The notes under the pieces were generated by a model. The model was given only the letters and a program-made list of their open reading frames with translations, did not search any database and was not told the origin of the DNA. Made by a program: the position numbers and the translations under genes. A stretch of DNA of 64,000 nucleotides from Owenia fusiformis (lineage: Eukaryota), in the NCBI GenBank assembly GCA_903813345.2, contig CAIIXF020000001.1:14818001-14882000 (forward strand), given 5' to 3'. Shown one piece after another: positions 1 to 9,400 of the stretch. Position 1 is the stretch's first letter, and every line of letters starts with the position of its first letter.

Positions 1-149
1 ATTCCTGTAACTTTTTCCATTTGTGAGTTGAACCATGATACTCGGCAAATTAATGTAACTTTGGATGAGCTTTAAAATGATATACGACACATACATGGAG
101 TCATTGGTATATGTCTGCCTATGGGGGCCCATAATTTCGGGACACCCTG
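1..149. mobile_element. Right end of a Tc1/mariner-type element or MITE, truncated by the window edge
   Basis: Ends in ...TTTCGGGACACCCTG followed by TA (150-151), the reverse complement of a TA|CAGGGTGTCCC mariner-type TIR. The partner TIR is not in the window. Confidence 0.4.
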
Positions 150-491
150 TAGCATAAAGTCATCTTGGATTAGCTAGTAAAGATCTCTCCATGAACTCCT
201 TAAGATTATTAAAATTCATAAAAGTGCAACTAAACATAACGTAACGTACCAACGTCGAGTGGTTAAAGAGGTCGGAAGAAAACACGCCGTGGTCACATAT
301 TAGTCACCATATTAATACTTTCATAAAATAAAATAGCATTCAACGAAAAAATCCCTTTTACCTGTTTATCTGTACTAGGGATACAGGAGCAAGTTCGTTG
401 AACATCACTTGTAACGCATAAAACCCTTAATGCATTTTGAAATTAAATCATTGCAATGTTTAATATTATAACTCATGTATTTCAATTACAG

Positions 492-505
492 GGACAACAT
501 ACACT
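492..505 (+). CDS. Possible 14-nt microexon upstream of the arginine kinase exons
   Basis: Flanked by acceptor ttcaattacAG and consensus donor GTGAGT. Read as (n)GG ACA ACA TAC ACT it ends in phase 0, matching the phase-0 exon at 1024. Could equally be UTR or chance. Confidence 0.3.
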
Positions 506-1023
506 GTGAGTTGACAACGACATTTCTGATTTTTTAAATTATATCAAATGCATGAATGTTTATTAAATGTTCACCTGTCCTAAACTGTGTAGTTTAGAGA
601 AACACATTCTCATAAAAATATTCGACACTCTTAGACGTAATGGGAGAAAATTATCAAAGGAAATGTGTAAAAAACAACATTTTTCCAACCGAAGAATCGT
701 ATGGGTAGACTAACAACGAAAAAAATCGAGCACTGCTCGAAGATCTTTTAACGTTATTAGAAAAATAAATGTCTTCGAAATCGAATGCACGCGAAATCAA
801 ACATAAAATCCTTTGTGTTCTCCTAAAATTTATTTTTGAAAACCTGCATCGAACCTACATCATGGTCTTCGCTCAAAATCAGTTAATAGTGACATAGTAC
901 ATCAAAAGTGTACTACGGCATATTTTGTCACCTGTCACGTGACTGTACCTTGTCGATGGTTAGGCGTGTATAAATGAAATAAAGTGTGCAACATGTGAAC
1001 ATTTGTATGTATTTCAATTTCAG

Positions 1024-1174
1024 TGTTCACTCTCTGGTGATGATATGATCAAAATCTTGGTTGACTCCAGTTCTAAGTCTCTGCTGAAGACATATCTCAC
1101 ACAGGCTGTGTATGACAAAGTGAAAGACCGCAAGACTGCTCTTGGAGGCACTATTGCTGACTGCATGAGATCAG
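1024..1174 (+). CDS. AK: Arginine kinase, first securely identified coding exon
   Basis: tttcAG acceptor; encodes CSLSGDDMIKILVDSSSKSLLKTYLTQAVYDKVKDRKTALGGTIADCMRS(G), the phosphagen kinase N-terminal domain; donor G|GTATGG, phase 1. Confidence 0.93.
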
Positions 1175-1578
1175 GTATGGAACCATTGCTCTGGCTATTT
1201 ATTAATGAAATAGAATAGTTGTTATTCCTTGAGTATCAAGGTAATTCTTAATGTTAGGACAATCTGAACAATGGCCTCGAGAGGAAAAGAATAAGAATAC
1301 TTGCGACTGTCATTTTTCATGGAAATGTGGTCTGGGGATAAGACAGTGGCTTTTACTAGCAGAGAAATAAATAGAGAAATGATGAGTGGGTTTTGTTAAA
1401 GAGAAAAGATACTGCATGTATCCAAAAATTATTTTGGTCAGGAGAAAAATGCTTAGAACCTGCAGGAGCCAGTGGTGTACCCTTTACTTAACTGTAACAT
1501 GTAAGTAAGTCCACTGTACTTAAAGATATGTTTACTTCCAATATGTTTGTCAAACTTCATTTTGCTGTATTCTTCCAG

Positions 1579-1841
1579 GTGTTGAGAATCTGGACTCTGG
1601 CACTGGCATCTATGCCTGTGACCCTGAGGCTTATGAGACCTTCAAAGAGGCATTTGACCCCATCATTATGGACTATCACAAATGCAAGTCTATTGCCCAT
1701 CCTGAGGCTGGACAGTTTGGAAATACGGATGATCTTGGTTTCACTGATCTAGACCCTGACAACAAATATGTTGTTTCCACTCGTGTACGTGTAGGGAGAT
1801 CATGTGAGGGATACGCTTTCCCACCCACTATCAAAACAGAG
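1579..1841 (+). CDS. AK: Arginine kinase exon (guanidino-specificity region)
   Basis: ttccAG acceptor, phase 1; [19 protein letters not shown]...DPIIMDYH...[11 protein letters not shown]...PPTIKTE; AK-type Asp (NLD), Tyr (GIY) and Tyr (DYH); donor GAG|GTATGT. Confidence 0.96.
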
Positions 1842-2207
1842 GTATGTTAATATCAACAATTTCAAACAAAAATTATAAATTGAGGTGAATAATGGCAATA
1901 AGGGTGAAAACTTCATAAAGATCAAAAATCACCAAGAATAAATCAAAACAAATCACAACAAATCAAAACAGCAGCCAATCTCAGTCAGCGGGGATCATTA
2001 AGCACACCACCCTAAATTGACACAAATTATTGAAATGTTGTGAAAATACAAATGTGTTGATAATGAAAAGCAAATTTTTCATTTGCTTCAACTTGTTAAA
2101 ATTAGTCCTAGTTTCTATATGTCTTATCTTGTTATGGAAGTATGGGAAAATATATTCTATCCTTTATACCCCTTAATTGACCTAACTATATTTTCTCCCA
2201 CTCAAAG

Positions 2208-2356
2208 GCACGTGAGGAGATGAAGTGTAAGATGGTGGAGGCATTTGATACATTCGAGGGAGAGCACAAGGGCAAGTACTACCCACTAGAGGGTATGTCA
2301 CCCGAGGACCAAAAGAAACTTACAGAGGATCATTTCTTGTTTAATGACTCTGACAG
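2208..2356 (+). CDS. AK: Arginine kinase exon
   Basis: aAG acceptor, phase 0; AREEMKCKMVEAFDTFEGEHKGKYYPLEGMSPEDQKKLTEDHFLFNDSD(R); donor AG|GTAAGT, phase 2. Not in the ORF track; translated by hand. Confidence 0.96.
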
Positions 2357-2775
2357 GTAAGTGCAGGAGTAGTGATGGGGCCATATATAGGTAAGGGCAA
2401 GAACTGGAATAAGATGTGAGGGCCATAGATACTAGGTTAAAGATTGGAATTGATTTTAACCATAGCGGAAGGCCATAGGTTAGGTTAAGGATTGGAATCA
2501 ACGTCCAGTGTCTGTATTAACTAGAGAAGGGTCGGTCACGGTTCGGTTCGGTACGATTCTCGGTTCTTGTCTCTCGGTTCGGTCGGTTCTTCAATCATAT
2601 ACTTAATAAGGTGGGCCTCATAAATTGCAATTGGTGCCACAAATATGGCAAGATAAAAAGGTGTTTCACTTTTATTTTGTATTATTAGGGGATATAATTT
2701 TATTTTCAATCTTATAAATGATCAATATGGAATGATGATAGCTGATAATCATTGAATTTTTATGGAATTAAATAA

Positions 2776-2906
2776 CTAGAATTGAACTATTTGGAGATGG
2801 CTATCAACAAGTCGCTTGCCCCGTATTAGATGGGAGGGATTTCTTTTTAAACTGGGTCTGGTTGGGTAAGACCTTTCAATATGTTTCCTCACGGCAGATG
2901 TGTTTC
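2776..2906 (-). pseudogene. hAT transposase remnant, second exon (second half of BED zinc finger)
   Basis: Minus-strand acceptor ttttcAG (AG at 2908-2907), then (G)NTSAVRKHIERSYP, matching the BED motif GNTSxLxxHLxxxHP with the last His changed to Tyr. Phase matches the donor at 10704. Confidence 0.7.
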
Positions 2907-3040
2907 CTGAAAACTTAAATCAAATCACGTGATACAAGATGGAGGGTGGAAAATAAATTTGCTCGTTCCGGGAAAAGTCCAAATTGTGCATATCTAGGAG
3001 ATAATTATACACGTTATATGGATAAATATTATATATAAAC

Positions 3041-4090
3041 CAGTGATCTCCCCAGGATTTTTTCATAGCAGGGGGGGATTTTTTAACAAGTTTCGCCGCT
3101 CGCTTCGCTCGCATGATTTTTGTGCCAATTTTTGCCGCTCGCTTCGCTCGCTATATAAACACCAATTCTCAATTAGAAAACCTTTTATTTAACAATACAT
3201 GATAATATGCTTGTAGTGTCATGACTATTCATTGTTCATTGTGTTTCCTTGAAGTCTTCTGTCCCTACATCTTCTGGGGTGCATGTCAAACCACCTCCCC
3301 CATGCTGCCTCAAAATCGAACACCTCTTCCCTTGGTCCATTTATGATAATGTTGAGGACCCTGTCCACTGTTTCTACTTTCATTCTATTCTTTAGATAAG
3401 TCTTTTTAATTTTACCCATTTTTTTTTGAATTTCCCGCATAAAGAACCGGAAGTCGAACTTCTTTATCATGACAACCATCAAAAGCATGATTTGAACATT
3501 AATTCGTTCGCAATTATAATAACTAAAAATAATACTTCATTGTCAAATTGTAGTTTTAGTCGTTTTTATGTTTGTTTTATTCCAAATTGGCGATTTTGAT
3601 GATCGGTGATCATATCATTCCGCGTTGCAGTATAGGGGTAATCTGCGCCAGGTTCAACTGTTAACTTTTTCTAATTTTCTGAACGCACGCATCAAATGAA
3701 CGATTTTGATAGGTTAGAATGTTTTGGGCGCATGCGCATACGTAGTCAAATCAAGTGATCGAACCGAACCTGGGGCAGATTATGTCGATGACGCACGATT
3801 AGTAATAGATAATTTGATTGGATATTTCGTAACTAATCATGAGTTTTGAGCCAATCAGAAGACATTTAAGATTCGGCCTTCGGAATGGCAAATCGGGAAA
3901 AACTTTTTGAAAACTTTTTGAATTTTATGTGATTTCGTCGAATATCCAGGAGAATAAAATAATGTACGTAAGTTTTGAAGTAGCGGGGCGCTTAGCAGGG
4001 CGGGCTAAGCAAGCAGGGGGGGGGAACAGGGCGGGGAAAACGAGTGAGCAGGGGGGAGCGCCATGCAATTAGATTCTGGGGAGAACCCAG
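3041..4090 (-). mobile_element. Non-autonomous hAT (hAT5-like, 5-bp TSD) inserted in the retrotransposon 5' UTR
   Basis: Imperfect TIRs CAGTGATCTCCCCAGGA / TTCTGGGGAGAACCCAG (13/17); flanking direct repeat TAAAC on both sides; GC-rich subterminal repeats (GCCGCTCGCTTCGCTCGC x2, AGCAGGGGGG); transposase C-terminal remnant inside. Confidence 0.75.
3225..3420 (-). pseudogene. hAT transposase C-terminal (dimerisation-domain) remnant, ZNF862-like
   Basis: IKKTYLKNRMKVETVDRVLNIIINGPREEVFDFEAAWGRWFDMHPRR fits the KTxxRNRL..xLxxLMxIxINGP..FDFxxAxxxW tail of ZNF862-like hAT transposases. Confidence 0.7.
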
Positions 4091-4156
4091 TAAACATACC
4101 GTTTTTGGAACAAGTGAACTTTCAAACAAGCCTGCGCTGTCTAAAGAGCATAAACC

Positions 4157-5422
4157 ATGCCACCAAAGAAAACACATGGATTTTCGAAAGACGAAATGGA
4201 GGACATATTGGATCAATATGTGCAAAAACAAAATGCCAGCATAATAGAGACGGTCAACAATGCAGTTAGAGATTCGTTGAAAGTCGAATTAGGAGAAGTT
4301 GCGAAAGCTTTGGAAAATGTAAGTGCTATTTCCACTGAGAATGCAAATGCAATAAAGACATGTAAAAATGACATTCGAAACATTGAAGCCAGGCTAACGT
4401 TGACAAATGAACAATTGGCAAACACAGAAAGTCAATTGAAATCGGCTATGATCAAACTTGAAGACAAACAATTGGAAATGGACGTCTATTCGAGGCGAAG
4501 TAGTCTCCACTTCAAAGGAATCCCTGAAGCTGAAGGTGAGAACTGTGAAAATTTGATAAAAACTTTCATAAGGGATAAACTAGGCTTAGATTCGGAAAGC
4601 ATTAAATTTGAAAGGGTACATAGGATACCCCTAGGTCCTAAAAGTAAATATAAGTATAACAGAATGATCACAGCAAAATTCAACTGGTATAAAGATCGTG
4701 AAAGTGTTTGGAACAATAGATATAAACTCAAGGACCATCAAGGCTGTTATATAGAAGAAAGCTTTCCCGCTCAGGTAGAACGAAATCGTAAGATCTTGCT
4801 CCCAGTTCTGAAATTAGCAAAGGAACAACCTAACATTAAAGCGTCCCTGATCGCTGACACCTTAGTAATTGAGGGCAAAAGATACAAAGTTCAAGACCTA
4901 CACCTCCTACCTGAAAATATAAACCCATATCTTACATCTATCCGGAGAGTAGGAGATATAATACTATTCAACAGTGCCACATCCCCACTCGGAAAGGGAT
5001 ATCCATGCTCGTTTACAGAAAAGGGCAAAATCTTTAACTCAGTGTCCCAGTATGTTGCATATCAACAAGCCATTGAATTTCAAGATGTAGATTCTGCTCA
5101 CAGAATCATGAATTGTCAAAACCCAGCAGTGTGCGACAGAATTGGCAAAAATGTGCAAGGTTTCTCACAAGCCCTATGGGGAATGAAAGAAGATAGTGTC
5201 CAGGAAAGAGGGGCAACCCTCAAGTTCAACCAGAACCCACATCTGAGAGTAGCCCTTGAAGCCACAAATGGTTCAACTATAATTGGTGAATGCAACCCAT
5301 ATGATCTCGTATATGGCAATGGGTGCAAAATAACTGATATCAAAGCAGGAAAACCTGAGGAGTGGAGTGGAAAGAATGCTGGGGGACAAATAATCCAGCG
5401 CGTAAGAGACAATATGAAGTAA
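4157..5422 (+). CDS. Retrotransposon ORF1p (421 aa): coiled coil + L1ORF1/Tnp22-type RRM-CTD + C-terminal NADAR (YbiA-like) domain
   Basis: Heptad region aa ~20-110; YSRRSSLHFKGIPE...FERVHRI...ITAKF...YIEESFP...RKIL...LVIEGKRY is the L1 ORF1 RRM/CTD pattern; aa ~268-421 has NADAR motifs LKFNQNPHLRVALEAT, ECNPYDLVYGNG and WSGKNAGGQIIQRVR. Confidence 0.9.
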   Translation: MPPKKTHGFSKDEMEDILDQYVQKQNASIIETVNNAVRDSLKVELGEVAKALENVSAISTENANAIKTCKNDIRNIEARLTLTNEQLANTESQLKSAMIKLEDKQLEMDVYSRRSSLHFKGIPEAEGENCENLIKTFIRDKLGLDSESIKFERVHRIPLGPKSKYKYNRMITAKFNWYKDRESVWNNRYKLKDHQGCYIEESFPAQVERNRKILLPVLKLAKEQPNIKASLIADTLVIEGKRYKVQDLHLLPENINPYLTSIRRVGDIILFNSATSPLGKGYPCSFTEKGKIFNSVSQYVAYQQAIEFQDVDSAHRIMNCQNPAVCDRIGKNVQGFSQALWGMKEDSVQERGATLKFNQNPHLRVALEATNGSTIIGECNPYDLVYGNGCKITDIKAGKPEEWSGKNAGGQIIQRVRDNMK

Positions 5423-6487
5423 GTTGTACCAGACGAAACATTTATTCTTTGTATTTATCAGCAAAAACTACTTGTTAGACTGAGTAGAATTATCTCTTGG
5501 ATAGCTTAGAAACAGTCCCTTTTTCAATCAAACAATTGAATATTTCTTGTTTATTATGAAATACATATATTCAAAGGGACAAATGGAGCTACAGTGGCCT
5601 GGTAATGTTAAAAAAGAGAGCAATATCATTAGCTAATCAGAAACCTAGCAGATAGTGATAAAGGACTCTTGCTGAAGACTATTGTTTACAAAATACATAT
5701 TCCTTTTAGTTTGTAATTTGCTTGTAATACATCCAGTGTACTGGAGAAATAGTTGAAAAATATTTTCTAGAATGTAACAATCTCAACATTAGATCATTCA
5801 TATAGCTCATTTCAATAGCTTTGCAGTTAAAACTTGCACTGCCTGTTTACATGCACATTACTTATGAAGGGATATTGCTGCCCTGAGATGGTCAACCGAT
5901 CGGCCAATGAAATTAGCGCTAGCTTTCTTTAAGGTAGTTGCACAATAAGCAGAAAATACATCAAATAGACTACTGGCAATATGAGATTTCAGAAAATATG
6001 ACATAAAATCTTTCATATTGTGGAATTTATGGTTCACAACTGGATCTGCACTCATAGTTAGAAGAAAGAGTCATGCTCTCTCATTTTAAATTAAGATTTA
6101 CCATGGATAATTAAGCATAAACAATTATTTTATAACATTACCGAATGTTCAACTACCTTAAGTTCTGTTTCTTCTAAAAAATGTTTGGAAATGTGTTCAG
6201 AATATGATTTTGAAAATTATGTTTCTGAAATACATGAATTATTCTGGTAATTTATGTTACCTAACAAGGTGATTTTTATTTTAAATACTAGTCTTGTAGT
6301 AAAATGCACAAAGGATGCAAATAAAGGACTTTTTCTTTTCTTGTATCAGTGAAAATAGGGAAAGGGGTATACTATAAGGGGATGTGTTGGAGGAATGAAA
6401 TTTCAATGAACACTGGAAAGCAGTTACATTTGCATTGTGTGTGCAGCGTTTACTACATAGACAAGGGGTAAGATAAAATTTTGTAGT

Positions 6488-9400
6488 GTGAACTGTCAAG
6501 GCCTTTGTGACCCAACAAAAAGAGTAGATGTCTTCAATTACTTGAAACAAAAACAAATGGATATTATATGCTTGCAAGACATCCACTCTTCTAAGGAAAC
6601 TGAAACAGCTTTTGAAAAGGACTGGGGAAACAAGGCTTTTATTAGTTCCTATAAAACCAACAGTAGAGGCGTAGGCATCTTTATAAGGGAAAATCTAGAC
6701 TATAAAATTTACAGTACAGATATTGATGTAAAGGGAAATTTTGTTATACTAGACATTGAGATAGAGGGTAGGAGATTTTCACTAGTTTCATTATATGGAC
6801 CCAATACTGATTCACCTTCCTTCTATTCAGAACTGAAAAGCAAACTAGAAACTATTGAAAATGCCTCTATGCTCTTGATGGGAGATTGGAATCTAGTTTT
6901 AGATACTGATCTCGATACCTTGAACTATAAACATATCAACAATCCAAATTCAAGAAAAAAGGTTCTAGAGCTATGTGAACAATTAGAACTATATGATATT
7001 TGGAGGGAATTAAATCCTGAGGAGAAAAAATTCACTTGGGTAAGGAAAAAACCACGTCAAATGGCAAGACTTGATTTCATTCTTGGAACAGAGGACTTTA
7101 TTAATTTAACACGGAGTTGTCGTATTTCACCGAGCTATAGATCTGATCATTGTTTAACATTGCTAACCATCGAGAACAATCTTCCAGAAAGGGGTAAAGG
7201 TTTCTGGAAATTCAATTCCTCACTACTGAAAGACCCTGTTTATATCTCTTTAGTTAAAGAAACCATCCAAAACATTAAAACTCAATACGAAATCAAGGCA
7301 GATATTTCAAAATCAGAAACTACTGCAGATCTTTCAATAAATGATCAACTCTTTTTTGAAATGCTTAAATTGGAGATTAGAGGCCAGACTATAAAATATT
7401 CTTCTCAGAAGAAAAAATCGCGAGAGAAAATTCAGCGTGATCTAGAATACAAACTTTTAGTTAAAGAAAAAGAAATAGATAATCTCATTAATAAAGAGAA
7501 ATTTCAAAATGGAATATTTGAGAAAGATATTGAAGAAAAATATGATGAGTTAGAAAAAATTAAAAGTGAAATGAAAGAATATAGAGAACACTATGTGAAA
7601 GGTCTTATGACCAGGGCAAAATTAGAATGGTACGAATTTGGTGAAAGGGCGACTAAGTATTTCAGTGGTTTAGAAAAAAGAAATTATGTAAATAAATTAA
7701 TTTGTCAGGTGGAAGTTGATGGGGAACTGATAACAGATCCAAAACTTATTCTTTTGGAACAGAAGAAATTTTACGAAAACCTTTACAAAAGTAAAATACA
7801 AAATAATGAGGAAAATAATGACTTCTTTTTAAAAAATAACAATGCCATTAAAACCTTAAGTGAAGAACAGAAACAATCTTGTGAAGGCCTTTTAACCGAA
7901 AAAGAATTGAAATTTGAATTGAAAAGTGCAAAAAATGGAAAATCCCCGGGATCGGATGGTTTTAACGTTGACTTTTACAAATTCTTTTATCCTGATATAG
8001 GAAAATACTTACTCAAATCGTTAAATGCAGCCTATACACTTGGCGAATTATCAGTGACACAGAAACAAGGGATCATAACATGTCTACCCAAGGTGAACAA
8101 AATCAGAAAATACTTTAAAAACTGGAGGCCAATCTCATTATTAAATGCGGATTATAAACTCCTCTCATCAGCCTTAGCAACAAGAATGAAGTCAGTTCTG
8201 CCGCATATTATTTCTATAGATCAAAAAGCATATCTAACGGGTCGAGAGATGTCAGAAAACACGCGTCTAGTCTATGATGTTATAGATCATCTGAATCGAA
8301 AAGGACACCGAGGGCTATTACTATTAGCAGATTTTGAGAAAGCCTTTGATAGTATCGAATGGGTATACTTAGAAAAATGTCTGAAAAAATTCAATTTTGG
8401 GGACGGATTCCTTAAATGGTTCAAGATTCTATATAATGAGTCTGAAAGTTGCGTTATAAATAATGGCTTCTTTTCAAGTTTTTTCAAATTAAAGCGTGGC
8501 TGTCGGCAGGGAGATGCCCTCTCCTGCTATGCATTCATCCTAGCTCTGGAACCTTTATGTTTAAAACTTAAAAACGACAAAGACGTTGAGGGTATTAAAG
8601 TTTATAATGAAGAAGTTCAAATGGGAATGTATGCAGATGACACTTTTGTATTTTTAGATGGTACAGCAAAATCACTAAGACGCTGCCTATGTATTTTTGA
8701 TATGTTTTATGAAACGTCAGGATTAAAGTTAAATATAGAGAAAACGTCAGCTATCTGGTTAGGTAGTAAACAAGGTTCTAAAGAAATATTATGCCAAGAG
8801 ATTCCACTTAAGTGGGAAACAAATTTCAAACTTCTTGGAATACACCTATCTTCTGATTTAAAAGATGTAGAATCTCTCAACTTTGAAAACAAAATTACTG
8901 AAATGCAAAATGTTATAAGTAGGTATAAAAGAAGAAATCTATCCTTAATGGGAAAAATTACTGTACTCAAATCCTTTGTGTTGCCGAAGGTAGTACATTT
9001 GTTCCTTGTCTTGCCAAAATTGTCAAACCCCTGCCAAACTAGAATCAAACAATTATTTACTTCTTTCATTTGGAACTCAACAGTTGCAAAAGTAAGTTTT
9101 TCACAAATTGTACAAGATTTTGACGACGGAGGCTTAAAAATGATTGATCCCAAGATCTTTGAACATTCACTCAAATTGACATGGTTGCAAAAACTTCAGA
9201 AATCTGGCACATGGCAAGACATTGCACTTAATATTTTAAATGTGAATTCAAAACGTGAACTCTTTGCATATGATTCCAAATCCTTAAAGAAAATAGAAGA
9301 AAATATTTCAAATAAATTTTGGAAAGATCTTGTTTACACATTTAGAATATACACTGAACAAAAAGAGAAAGAGGCAAAGAATGATTCAAAATTGAGTGCT

